Source: Squalus acanthias (Eukaryota). Taken from it: a stretch of DNA of 64,000 nucleotides. The position numbers and the translations under genes are program-made. The notes under the pieces are model-generated. The model saw only the letters and a list, made by a program, of their open reading frames with translations. It ran no database searches and was not told where the DNA came from. Location: positions 104,720,001 through 104,784,000 of the forward strand of contig CM059432.1 in the NCBI GenBank assembly GCA_030390025.1, given 5' to 3'. Shown one piece after another: positions 51,041 through 63,740 of the stretch; the first letter of the stretch is position 1; every line of letters starts with the position of its first letter.

Positions 51041-52440
51041 TCTTTGCCTTGATCACCCTTCATTAGTTTGCCTCCTCTTTCATCCCTTTCCCCAGTCTGT
51101 GCATCTTTCTAATTGAAAGACTACATGAGTAGTCTTCTCAAAGGCTTTTTGCAATAGCACTGTAATTACTGTTAGGAAGTGCATAAGAGTGAACCAAATT
51201 CACTAACCCACAGCTTATCCTCCCTCCAGTGAAGTGCTCCTGCTTGTAGCACATAGCTCTCATGGCCTAGTTGCAATCAAGAGGACAATATGCCATGTCC
51301 ATCCACATAGGTGCCTCAGTGTCATTAGTGCAGAGTTTTGAGGAGTCCTAACACCAATTGGTCTGGAAAGATACAGAGAAAAAACACGGCAACGAGATCC
51401 TGGCCACAGCTAAAGGGAGAGTGGTGACATGGTGGATTCAGGGATGGAAACTTTAGCCTTAACATTGAAAAATTAAGCAAAAACTCTCAATTAAATTGTT
51501 TTATAGATACTTTTCTCCTTTGCATAATAATACACTGCAATATTCAGAAGCATCCACCACTTTCATAGGCACAGACCTTTATTGATGGATATGTTATGAT
51601 TCAATTACTTTTTCTAAGTGTCATTTGCGGAGGGGTCATGTCCCTCCCACGAAATTTAAACATGTTACATTTCACAAAATGATCTAGTATGTTTTGGTCC
51701 TGCTCCCCCCAGTATTGGAATCAAGTTGGTGTCTATGTTCTGAACTTACCCAAAGCAGAAGGTGCTGTCCCAAAACCTTGCCCTTGCTTCACCTCAAGCC
51801 TGAAAGTACCTTGAATGTGGTTAGACGGAGACGTCAGCACCTGCCAACTATCAGCATTCCACGCTAACAGTAACTGTTTTCTGACTTGTGTCTACTCGTC
51901 TGTGCTTGCTGACAAATCTCTGGGCAGAGTTGAACACCTCACACTGCTTGCTGGCTCTCCTGAAGTCGTCTCCCCAGAACGCTGCAACTTCTGCCTATGG
52001 GTGATCAGGTGCTTCCTGAGCTGGCTTATGATGACATGGCACCTGGCAATGTCTACGTACTTCAGATTTTGCATGAAAAGATATGCTGCAAAGACTTATC
52101 ATGTGCATTGCAACTGAAAGACTAAATGAGCTCAAATATATCAAGAGGTGACATGCAGCAGAGATTAATGTAAAATACTTTGAAGAGTGAGATGTAAGAT
52201 ATAGGGAGAGAGAGTGATTTAAAGAGTACAAACTGGAAGATGCTACAGATGTGCCAAATGTCAACATTTGACTGCTTCTCTAAGTGAAAGGGGGGGAGGG
52301 GGGCTGGCAGTGGTCTTGGAGAACTTTGCCAGGAACCTTCCTGGGTGGTTGTGGCAAGGATAGCAGATGCTTTAGAGGCCCACACAGTAACCAGAAAAGA
52401 ACAGGCTGAATTTTACTCTTGTGAGGAATATGTAGGGTAT

Positions 52441-54700
52441 GTTAGCCACAGGTGGACCATTTTTCCTGTGGTGTTTTTATTCCTTAAAGGAATGTATATT
52501 TGTTGCGAATTATGAATTATTTCTTTAAATGTTTGCCATTGCTTTTCTACTGTCATATCTTTTAATCTGGTTTTGCACCCTACCTTAGCCAACTCGCCTC
52601 TCATACCTACATAGTTTGCTTTGTTCAGATTTAGGACCCTAGTTTCGGACTTAACTAAATCATTCTCAAACGCAACTAAATCACTCTCAAACGCAACAAA
52701 AAATTCTATCATATTATGATCACTGCTCCCCAGAGGCTTCTTTACTACAAGGTTATTAATTAACCCTGTCTCATTGCACAATACTAGATCTAAAATAACC
52801 AGTTCCCTAGTAGGTTCCTCGACATACTGATCTAGAAAACTATCTTGAATGCATTCCATGAACTCTCCCTCTGCACTATTACTGCAAATTTGGTTTGCCC
52901 AGTCATTATGAAAGTTAATGACCCCCATGATTACCGTATTACCCCTGTTACATGCATCTCTAATTTCCTGATGTATACACTGCCCAACACTACAACCACT
53001 GTTAGGGGGCCTATAAACTACTCCCACTAGTGTTTTCTGCCCCTTGTTGTTTCTTAGCTCCACCCAAACTGATTCTACATTTTGTTTTTCTGAGCCAAAA
53101 TCCTTTCTCTCTACTGTCTTTATCCCCTCCTTTATTATCAGGGCTACCCCCCTCCTTTTCCATTCTGCCTGTCTCTTCTAAAAGTCAAATATCCTGGAAT
53201 ATTTAGTTCCCAACCTTGATCACTCTGTAACCATGTCTCTGTAATGGCTATTAAATCAAACCCATTTATTTCTATCTGTGCTATTAATTCATCTATTTTG
53301 TTGCGAATGCTTCGTGCATTCAGATAGTTCCTTTAGCTTTAAGTTTTTTCTATTTTTTCCTGATGTCACTTTAGTCACTAATGACCTATTACCTTTATTA
53401 ATCTCTCTGTCCCTTCCTGACCTACTCTGCTTATCTTTACCCAGATCACTTCTCTGCTCTACAGCCTTGACATTCCTCTTGCTGCTTTCGAATTTTCCCT
53501 TTTCTGAATCCTCCCACTCCCCCCTTCGTTAGTTTAAAGCCCTATCTACCGCCCTAGTTATTCAATTCGCCAGGACACTGGTCCCAGCCCGGTTTAAGTG
53601 GAACAGCTCCCTCTTTCTCCAGTACTGATGCCAATGTCCCATGAGTCGAAACCCCTTCCTTCCACACCACTCTGAGCCACGCATTTAACTCTCTAATCTG
53701 TCTGTCCCTATGCCGGTTTGCACGTGGCTCAGGTAACAATCCAGAGATTATTACCTTTGAGGTTCTGCATTTTAATTTGGCCCCTAGCTGCTCAAACTCC
53801 CTCAGCAGAACCTCATTCTTAGTTCTACCTATGTCGTTGGTTCCTACATGGACCACGACCACTGGATCGTCCCCCTCCCACCTCAAGTTCTTCTCCAGCC
53901 GCGACGAGATATCCTTAACCCTGGCACCGGGCAGGCAACACAACCTTCAGAACTCCCGGTCGTGGGTGCAGAGAACAGTATCTATCCCCCTGAATATACT
54001 GTCCCCTACCACTACAACATTCCTTTTCATTCCCCCCACTTGAATGGCCTCCTGCACCATGGTGCCATGGTCAGTTTGCTCATCCACCCTGCGGTCCTTG
54101 TTCTCATCCACACAGGTAGCAAGTATCTCGTACCTGTTGGTCCAAGACAAGGGCCGAGGCTCCTCCATCACTACGTCCTGTGTCCCCATACCTTCCTGAC
54201 GCGCAGTCACACCCTCCTGTCCCTGACCATTGACTAACTCTAAAGTACTGCTTAACCGAAGGGGTGTGACTGCCTCCTGGAACAAAGTGTCCAGTAACTC
54301 TTCCTCTCCCTGATGCCCCGCAATGTCTGCACCTCGGACTCCAGCTCAACAAGTCTGAGCCGAAGTTCCTCGAGCTGCAGACACTTACTGCAGATGTGGT
54401 TGCTTGGGATCTCGCTGGTCTCCACAAACCCCCACATGCTGCAGTTATGGCACACCACCTGCCCTGCCATGTCTATCTAACCTTCTTTATTTATTTGATT
54501 AGTTAATTATTTTTTCTTTTTCTTTTTTTAATCAATTATTTTAGTTTTATTAGTTAATTGGTTTATCTGGTTTAGTTACTAATTTAATAAAGTAAAGTTA
54601 TAGCAGTTTATAGTTTCTTAGCTAGCTTAGAGACTAAAAAAACTGTAATAGTCACCAACCAATCACCTACCTGTTGCCCTGTGATGTCACTCCTCGATTT
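52441..54700 (-). mobile_element. 5' half of a CR1-type LINE (5' UTR, ORF1, endonuclease), 3'-truncated
   Basis: CHNCSMW..CSKCLQLEELRLRLVELE (54252-54470), VVGDSIFRG and VHVGTND esterase, YRPPNS..SDHN endonuclease (52413-53063). Confidence 0.9.
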
Positions 54701-54734
54701 TTCTGTTTGAAGGCTCTTTATAACATCGCTGATC

Positions 54735-56546
54735 CCCTCGCCGCTCCTCTCGCTCCTCCTCTCGCTCCCCTCGCCGCTCCTCCTCTCGCTCCTCCTCTCG
54801 CTCCTCCTCTCGCTCCTCCTCTCGCTCCTCCTCTCGCTCCCCTCGCTCCTCCTCTCGCTCCCCTCGCCGCTCCTCCTCTCGCTCCTCCTCTCGCTCCTCC
54901 TCTCAGCTCCTCCTCTCGCTCCTCCTCTCGCTCCTCCTCTCGCTCCTCCTCTCGCTCCCCTCGCCGCTCCTCCTCTCGCTCCTCCTCTCGCTCTCCTCTC
55001 GCTCCTCCCTCGCTCCCCTCGCCGAGCTCCTCTCTCGCTCCCTCCTCTCGCTCCTCCTCTCGCTCCCCTCGCCGCTCCTCCTCTCGCTCCTCCTCTCGCT
55101 CCTCCTCTCGCTCCTCCTCTCGCTCCCCTCGCCGCTCCTCCTCTCGCTCCTCCTCTCGCTCCTCCTCTCGCTCCCCTCGCCGCCTCCTCCTCTCGCTCCT
55201 CCTCACTCTCGCTCCTCCTCTCGCTCCCTCCGCCCTCCTCCTCTCGCTCCTCCTCTCCGCTCCTCTCTCGCCCTCCTCTCTCGCTCCTCCTCGCCTCCTC
55301 TCCTCTCGCCTCCTCCTCTGCTCCCTCTCGCTCTCTCGCCCTCCTCTCGCCCCTCCTCTCGCCCCTCCTCTCGCTCCTCCTCCTCGCTCCCTCCTTCGCT
55401 CTCCTCTCGCCTCCCTCCTCGCTCCTCCTCTCCGCTCCCCCTCGCTCTCCTCTCCGCCCCCTCTCTCGCTCCCACTCGCCCCCTCCTCGTGTCTCCTCTC
55501 GCCTCCTCCTCTCGTCTCGCTTCCTCTCGCTCCTCTCTGCTCTCCTCTCGCTCCCCTCGCCACTCCTCCTCTCGCTCCTCCTCTCGCTCCTCCTTCGCTC
55601 CTCCTCTCGCTCTCCTCTCGCTCCTTCTCTCGCTCCTCCTCTCGCTCCCCTCGCCGCTCCTCTCGCGCTCCCTCTCGCTCCTCCTCTCGCCGCTCCTCTC
55701 GCCCCTCCTCTCGCCCTCCTCTCGCCCCTCCTCTCGCACCTCCTCTCGCTCCTCCTCTCGCTCCTCCTCTCGTCCTCTCTCGGCTCCTCCTCTCGCTCCT
55801 CCTCTCGCCCTCCCTCGCCGCTCCCTCCTCTCGCTCCTCCTCTCGCCCCTCTCTCGCCCCTCCTCTCGCCCCCCTCGCCGCTCCTCTCGCCCTCCTCTCG
55901 CCCCTCCTCTCGCCCCTCCTCTCGCCCCTCCTCTCGCTCCCCTCGCGCTCCTCCTCTCGCTCCTCCTCTCGCTCCTCCTCTCGCTCCCCTCGCCGCTCCT
56001 CCTCTCGCTCCTCCTCTCGCTCCTCCTCTCGCCCCTCCTCTCGCCCCTCCTCTCGCCCCTCCTCTCGCCCCTCCTCTCGCCCCCCCTCTCGCCCCCCCTC
56101 TCGCCCCCCTCTCGCCCCCCCTCTCGCCCCCCCTCTCGCCCCCCTCTCGCCCCCCCTCTCGCCCCCCTCTCGCTCCCCCTCTCGCTCCTCCTCTCGCCCC
56201 CCTCTCGCCCCCCCTCTCGCCCCCCCTCTCGCCCCCCCCTCTCGCCCCCTCCCTCTCGCCCCCCCCTCTCGCCCCCCCCCCCTCTCCTCCCCCTCGCCCC
56301 CCCCCCTCTCGCCCCCCCCCCCCCCCCCCCTCTCGCCCCCTCCTCGCCCCCCCTCCCCCTCTCGCCCTCCTCTCGCCCTCCTCTCGCCCCGCCTCCTCTC
56401 GCCCCTCCCTCTCGCCCCCTCCTCTCGCCCCTCCTCTCGCCCCTCCTCTCGCCCCTCCTCTCGCCCCTCCTCTCGCCCCTCCTCTCGCCCCTCCTCTCGC
56501 CGCTCCTCTCGCCGCTCCTCTCGCCGCTCCTCTCGCCGCTCCTCTC
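54735..56546. repeat. Pyrimidine-rich minisatellite, basic unit CTCGCTCCTCCT (12 bp) with variants
   Basis: Direct reading; almost no A on the + strand; explains the long low-complexity ORFs. Confidence 0.97.
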
Positions 56547-56574
56547 AGCGCTCTTTACAGCGCCGCTGATCCTG

Positions 56575-57410
56575 CTCCTCTGGCTGATTTGTATCTTAAT
56601 GCCATTTACCCGACTTGGTTCCATATCCTTTAATGCCCTTAACTAACAAAAATCTATCAATTTCAGTTTTTTAATTTTCAATTGACCTAGCCTCAACAGC
56701 TTTTTGGGGAACAGAGTTTCAGATTTCCATTGCCCTGTGTGACTGAGTGCTTCCTGACATCACGAACAGCCTAGCTCTAATTTTAAAGTTATACCCTTTG
56801 TTCTGGACTCCGCCACCAGAGGAAATAGTTTCTCTCTCTCCACCCTATCAAATCCTTTAATCATCTTAAACAGCTCAATTAGATCACCCCTTAATCTTCT
56901 ATACTCAAGGGAATACAAGACTAGTCTATGTAACCTGTCCTCATAATTTAACCCTTTTGGCCCCGCTATCATTCTGGTGAATCTCCGCTGCACCCCCTCC
57001 AAGACCAGTGTCTCCTTCCTGAGGTGTGGTGTCCAGATCGGAATGCAGTCCTCCAGATAGGGTCTGACCAAGGCTCTGTACAGCTGTAGCATAACTTCCA
57101 CCATTTTGTATTCCATCCCCCTTGAAATAAATGCCAACATTCCATTAGCCTTTTTCATTATTTTTTGTACCTGCCCACTAGCTTTTAGTGATTTCTGTAC
57201 CTGGACCCCTAAATCTCTCTGCTCATCCACAGTTTCTAGTTTCTCACCATTTAGAAAATGTTCTAATCTCTCTTTCTTAGGTTCAAAGTGGATGACCTCA
57301 CACTTCTCCACGTTGAACTCCATCTGCCACAGTTTTGCCCGCTCACTTAATTTATCAATGTCCCTTTGCAACTTTCTGCTCCCATCTGCACTATTTACTG
57401 TGCCACCTAA
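56575..57410 (-). mobile_element. CR1-type LINE RT C-terminal/3' fragment
   Basis: ORF 56760-57425 WQMEFNVEKCEVIHF..RRLRGDLIE. Confidence 0.9.
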
Positions 57411-58061
57411 AATGGCCTTCCTCATCTGTAATTTTCTTGTGATCTAGTGATTCTTCACTAAGGTGGTGAAAATCAGAATATTCTTATCTTTGAGACCTGA
57501 ACAATGAGATAATTGACAACATTTGGGAGTGGAGTAGATCGATCCAGTGGGGGAGTTAGTACAGGCACAGTTGCTGAATGGCCATTATCTGTACCAACAG
57601 TTCTGTAACTTTTACAAATTCTTTCAAAAAACTGGACTCACTTAAGAGCATTTATGACTCTATCTGTAGAAACATGTAACCAAAACACCGTGACTGATAT
57701 TATGTGATCAAATCTTTCTCATTTACATTTTTCTCCATGATTCACTTCAACTCCCCCACATATGTACACACACCCGCAGGCACATACACGCACCCCGGCA
57801 TACCCGTGAGTGAACACACCCACCTGAAAATACACGCCCACACACAGAGCAGCTCCGCATAATGTATTTTTGCATTTTTTTCTCGCCTTCCCTTTATTCC
57901 CCTATTCCCCAAGTGAAAATCAGACAGGCAACCTCCTTCCAAGCCTATTAAGCCAACAGCCAGGAGTACAACAGCATTGCAGTTTGAGTTGCCTTTCTAT
58001 TCTCCTTACTTTCCACTGGCTCAACCCTTTTCCCTATTAACCCAACTGAAACTGGAACACT

Positions 58062-60313
58062 GGGGGCAATTTTAACCTAAAAAAAAATGGGTGGGTAGGG
58101 GCGGGTGGCAAGTTAAAGTGTTAAAAATCTAAATCCTGACCGGAACCCATCTCCAACCCGCCGACTTCCGGTTTTAACGGAGGCGGGACGGGGAGAGGGC
58201 AGGCAACCCGCTGCCAGGAGGCAGGTTATCCATTTAAATATTATAATGAGGCTGGAAGCCTCTGCTTTAACCTCCATTTTGAATTTAACTTTAGCTGGTC
58301 GGGTTTTGCTGGTCTTGTGAAACCCGCCAGCTAAAGTAAGGCGAGGACTGCTGGATCCAGGAGGTACATGCTTTTACATTTACCTCCTGGATCCAGTGTT
58401 TCTGCCTCACCTGCCTCTGATTTCCCCCCACCCATGAGGCCTCTGATCTGTAGGCTTCGCAAAATCCCCCAGAAACTCGAACAGAACCCTAAAGGGAGTG
58501 ATTTTTGGACCTTTCATACAAACTTGGGATGATGGGACCTAAGTGAAGTGATTTGAGGTAAAAACCTCAGTTTTGGACATTTTAAAGATCAGGGAAGAAA
58601 AACCCTGAGGAAAATTACTTTTGAATCTTACTGTTGGGAAAGACACCTTTCACAGACACACGACAGGCTGTGGAGGGGCGTGGCCAGGCAGTGGACAGCT
58701 TTGGGTATTGGGGCCCAATCAAGCTGTCTGGGAATTGTTTACACTGCAATCCTACCAAGGAGGAAGAGACAAACCCAAAGCCTCACACACACATTGAAAT
58801 ATGAATAATCCAAGACCCCTTTAGCCCAAACAGGATACCAGAAGCCTGAAATCAATAAAATATTTAGTACCCCGATTACTTCATCAAAAACCAATCAACC
58901 AGGTATCCACAGGGACAGATTTACAAGCCCGCCAAAAACCTAGGACAATAGGGACAAGATTTGGCATGCAGATAAAGACCCTGCCTAAATGGGAAACATC
59001 GGAAGCCATCAGGACATGTTTAACACCAAGTTAAAGCCATCGAAACTAACAAGCCCGCCAAAACTAAGACAATGGAATAAACGGCTCAATTGAACTCTAA
59101 AGGAAACCGATTTAGTAAAGGATTTTGGGCGCGAAAAGGACAAAGGGCCTGAACAGTATAATTGGGGGCCTAATCCCCCCAAGACACTCTCTCTCTCTCT
59201 CTCTCTCTCTGGACTCTCTGACAAAGCTCTCAACGCTCGCACAGCTCTCTCTCAGCTCTGTTCCAGCAAGACACCACAAGCCACGAGCAGGAGGAGGATA
59301 GAAGGCCAACAACTTCACAAGCAAACCAACACGCAAGAAGAAACCAGAGCAACTGCCTCAGTGACCATCGGACACCTCGTGGCAACAAGGGCCTTACGAA
59401 ACCTTTTACTCAAAAGACTCTAAACCCTAACTCTTAACTGTCAAGGATTCATTTGGTGAGCATTATCCCTGATCTCCTGAAACCAAAACCTAGCTAGATA
59501 GTGGGATTTCTGGGAGGGATAAGGTTTTTTTTGTATATTGTCATTCTCCCTCGCCTGTACCGTGTGTTCCCCAACCTGTGTTTAAGTGTTAAGTGTGTTT
59601 TAAGTTTGTTACCTTTTTTATTTAATAAAGTCAAAATTCTTTCATTAGAACCTGTTGTCTACTGCATCTTTGTTCACAACCCCTAAATAAGTCCAAAGTC
59701 TAGAACCAGGGGTGTGGGTGCGATTCAAACCGCTCACTGAGTCAGAGGTGAAGGCTGACCCCACACACCACCCCCTACAGATTCCCCCCCCCACCAGGCC
59801 TCTGATTCCCCCCACGAGGCCTCCCTCGCCCCATGCTTCTCCGTTTCCCCTCCCCCCCCCCCCCCCCCGTGCTCCTCTTGGCCCCTGATTTGGTGCACCG
59901 GTCCCCCACACACTCCCCCGACTGCTGAGCATTCCATATTCCCCCCTCCCCCCCGACTCCTCCGGCCCCCGAAATCTCCCGACCCCCCTCCCCATGCTGC
60001 TCCTGGCCCCCCAATTGTTCTCGACCCCCTCCCCGTGCTACTCCTCCGGCCCTCCCAGTGCTCCTTTGGCCGCCCCCTGGCCCCCACATGATCCCTCCCT
60101 CCTCTCTGTGGCCTAGTGCCACAGGCCTACCCACCCGCAGCCAGCCAGCCTCTCAATCTGGCTGGCTGCGAGTGGGAAACATATGTTTCCCAAGCAAATC
60201 AGGCCCTGCCGTTAAATTCAGCAGGGCCTGCGGGGAACCCGTTCTCCTGGGTTTCCCGATCACTTATGACCGCCCCCCGCTCCCAATGCAGCCCCCCCAT
60301 TAAAATTCAGGCC
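58062..60313. mobile_element. Probable Harbinger-type non-autonomous element hosting the LTR below
   Basis: Imperfect ends GGGGGCAATTTTAA / TTAAAATTCAGGCC, flanks ACT / ATT; C-rich internal repeats ggcctctgattcccc on both sides of the LTR. Confidence 0.5.
58449..59779 (+). mobile_element. Solo LTR, 1331 bp
   Basis: TGTAGG...CCTACA termini, 4-bp flanks GATC / GATT, TATA-like GTATAA near 59156 followed by (CT)n, AATAAA at 59624, short internal direct repeats (acaagcccgccaaaa twice). Confidence 0.75.
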
Positions 60314-61847
60314 ATTGTGTGAGTTGCCATAGTGTCACTCTGGCACAGAATAAAAGAGGTCCTTTTCTCACTCCTTTCCCCCCACCTCAAATAGATGGAT
60401 TGCTCTAATATTGCAAGGCAGTCCACCTACAAAAATACCAACCAAGAACTTTATTAAAAATATGTATAGTTGTAGTTGGCAGATCGTAAATGTCAAGATA
60501 CCTGGGGACACAAATTTATAAATAGATAGGACCAGGAACATCAGAATGATTTGATGTACATTGTATAGCCCTGGGAGTTGTCTGGTAGAGAATTTTTCAA
60601 GGTTTTGCTCATCACTTTTATGCATGGTCTGAAGCTTTTTGGAAAACTTTCAGTTGAGCCATCTTCAAAAACTTAGGAGTAGAAAGTGAATTAAAAATAT
60701 TTCTTAAATGCTTCTCATTGTGTTCTATAAAGAAACCGATCCAAAATCAAACACATTCCTACTTCTTTCGACATTTACCATTTCTGGTTAAAGTCATTTA
60801 ACAGATGAGAGAATGTTCCAGTCCTAATGCTTTGTGCAGCAATAATTCAAAACTTCAAAGGTTATGTAAACATATTTACCACCGCCTGCATCGACTTTGG
60901 GTCTTGTTATGGGTATAAACCAACTGCCTGACATCATGAAATGACTTACTCAGCTGTTACTGAAGTCAGACAACGCGTCACAATCTCCTGAACATCAGCA
61001 GACTGTCTGACTTCTGTGCTCTAGAGCTTTCCTTCTGATCCAATGTCAACAATCACAACAATAAACTGATTAATATCTGTCAGAGATAACTGTCTTGTCA
61101 GGACGAGAGCTGTGACTCGCATCAAACTGGCTATTTTTTTGCGGGGGTGGGGGAGGAGTCTGAAATTCTTCCTGTGTCAATAATAAGAAACATGTGGAGG
61201 TCATGACTGTTGTTTTCTGTTGGGAAGAGATCAGAGAGCAGTTTACCAAAGAAGGATCTGAATATTTTAAAGGGGACAGCAGAACCACAACTTCTGTTTT
61301 TCCCCTCCTCTTGAAGATGCTGACCTTTGCTGGGATATGAGTCCATGGGTGCTGGTACCTCACTGAAATCCCTGTTCTTCATACCTGAGCTTGGACATTT
61401 AGCAGACTAATCAATAATGAGAGATCTTATGACTGAGTCCGATCCTGCTATACCTGTCAAACACATACACACAGCAGGTGGCCCTAGAACCAGGAACCCT
61501 GGCTGAGTTTTCCACTGCCTAGCCCAGGAGTTTGTAGGCCAATTAACAGCAGCCTATCACTGCCCCACTTGAGATCAGCTCACTCAACACTGACCACAAA
61601 TCACACCTGGATTTGTATAATTCAGTTCTGTGGATGTGCATGTACCATCATGGGAACAAATAGGACACAGGGGTACGAACATAATTCTTAACCAGATCTT
61701 CTCAGCAATGAATTGAGCTCGAATAGCATATGAACTCTAGGCTTTGCAAACATTACTTGGCATCAGTTGTTTATAATAAATATATTTGCTTTTATATTAC
61801 GTTTTACTCTATTTTTGACTGGTTTTGTGCCAGCAGTAACAGTTAAT

Positions 61848-62723
61848 GGCCGCGATTTTGTAACTAGATGCGGGTTGGGAGCGGGTCAGGTGGTTTCCGG
61901 CTTCTAGTCCCGCCCCCAACTACATCCGGCCCACGTACATGATTTTACGCTGAATGACCTTGTTAAGCCCGCCCTGCGGGCTTGCCGGCCAATTAAGAGG
62001 AAGCCGGTCAGATGACATCATTTGATGACACGTCATCTGCCGGTTTTCTTAAAGGGACCATGCACAATTTTTCTTTGACAGCTCATTTCTCAGTGTTTGA
62101 CAGCATTGAGGTGCTGCAAACACTGGCAATCACTGTACAAAGGTGAGCTCTTGCACCCAGGCTCTCCAGTGACTCCCTCCATAGGCTGGAACAGATGGCA
62201 GCTGCAGGTGAGGTTACCAAAGCGATCTGTCACAAGTGAGAGAGGTTCTCCCAATGAGGTGGGACTAGACATCGATTTCAAAACTTTTTACCTACAGAAA
62301 AGTGTAAAAGCATTAAAAATCATTTTCCCAACATTTCCTTACCTCTGAAACTCACCAGTGCACCATTGGATCCTTCACACCACTTCTACAGCTGTCATCA
62401 ATGCAGAAACACTACAGCAGACTCACAACATGCCACACTTACCTGGCGTGGTGTCCGGATGTCGGGAACCCCGAGGCAGAAGCGGCAAAATTGAAAAAGA
62501 GCCTGTCAACTACTATCAAGTACCTGTTAACAGGCAGGTAAGTGGCATTAATCCTCTTCCCGCCACTAGGTGTCGGGTCCATGCGCAAATCGGGGACCCG
62601 ACACTTGGGAAGATTGATTGGAGGCGGGTTGATGGTGAGATCGGACCCCACCGTCAATCAAAACGATTTTGACCCTTGACCCACCTTCAAACCCGCCCTC
62701 TCAGTGCCGATAAAATCGCGGCC
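61848..62723. mobile_element. PIF/Harbinger-type non-autonomous element, 876 bp
   Basis: Perfect 12-bp TIRs GGCCGCGATTTT; exact 3-bp TSD AAT. Confidence 0.85.
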
Positions 62724-62919
62724 AATGTGTTCCATGACACTGGTACAAGAGGGCTAATAATCAGGACATTGTTACTGCAAGTTTATCAAACAATAATCTG
62801 CATCTAATTATCTGATTGCCTAATATAAAATATACAAAAATATTGGCATGTAAGGATGCCAGATCTATCCTCGTTCTCTAACCCTTTGACTACCATGTTA
62901 TCAGGATGAAAGAGAATGC

Positions 62920-63058
62920 ATAATGGGAACAGGAGTAGGTCATTCAGCCCCTCGAGCCTGTTCCGCCATTCAATTAGATTATGGCTGATCTGCATCTGAA
63001 CTCCATCTACCCGCCTTGGTTCCGTAACCCTTAATACCCTTGCATAACAAAAATCTAT
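62920..63058 (-). mobile_element. CR1-type LINE 3' tail
   Basis: gaacaggagtaggtcattcagcccctcgagcctgttccgccattcaa. Confidence 0.75.
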
Positions 63059-63227
63059 CCTAGTGCATGTGAAGTTGATTTCCAGTATGCTAGCCAAGGG
63101 GTTAGGCTAAGAGGAAAAAATGACCATTTAACAACCCTGAAACACATTGGGTTGCAGGTGTGAGCTGTAACCAGATGTGGTACAGATTTGATAAAGTTTC
63201 ACTAATCAAAATACACTTAAGACATAT

Positions 63228-63740
63228 ACTGGTGTATACTTCAATGCAAGGAGTCTAGTGAATAAGGCAGATGAGCTGAGGGCAGATAGACACATGGAAG
63301 TATGATATCATAGCTATTACTTAAACATGGCTTAAAGTAGGGCAGGAATGGGAGCTCAACATTCCTGGTTACAGAGTTTTCAGATGAGATGGAGAGGGGG
63401 ATAAAAAAGGAAGGGGGGGTCGCAATATTGGTTAAAGAATCAATTGCAGCTGTGAGGAGGGATGATATCTTAGAAGGATCATCAAATGAGGCCATATGGG
63501 TTGAACTGAAGAACAAAAAAGGGCAATCACACTGCTGGGAGTGTACGACAGACCCCCAAACAGTCAGAAGGAGATAGAAGAGCAAATATATAGGCAAATT
63601 TCTGAGAAGTGCAAAAACAATAGGGCAGTAATAGTCGGGGATTTCAACTACCCTAATATTAACTGGGATAGAATCAGTGTAAAAGGTATAGAGGGCACAG
63701 AATTCTTCAAATGCATTCAGGAGAACTTTGTAAGCCAGTA
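63228..63740 (+). mobile_element. CR1-type LINE endonuclease fragment
   Basis: GGVAILVKE, RPPNS, VGDFNYPNINW. Confidence 0.88.

Noticed and set aside
51892..52074. Minus-strand 60-aa ORF with an upstream ttgcag acceptor as a terminal exon
   Set aside because: No recognisable product or partner exons, and the homologous copy at 50.1 kb does not preserve the frame.
54674..56646. Long Pro/Ser/Arg-rich ORFs (631, 473, 385, 281 aa)
   Set aside because: Stop-free by-product of the 12-bp minisatellite; open in several frames on both strands.
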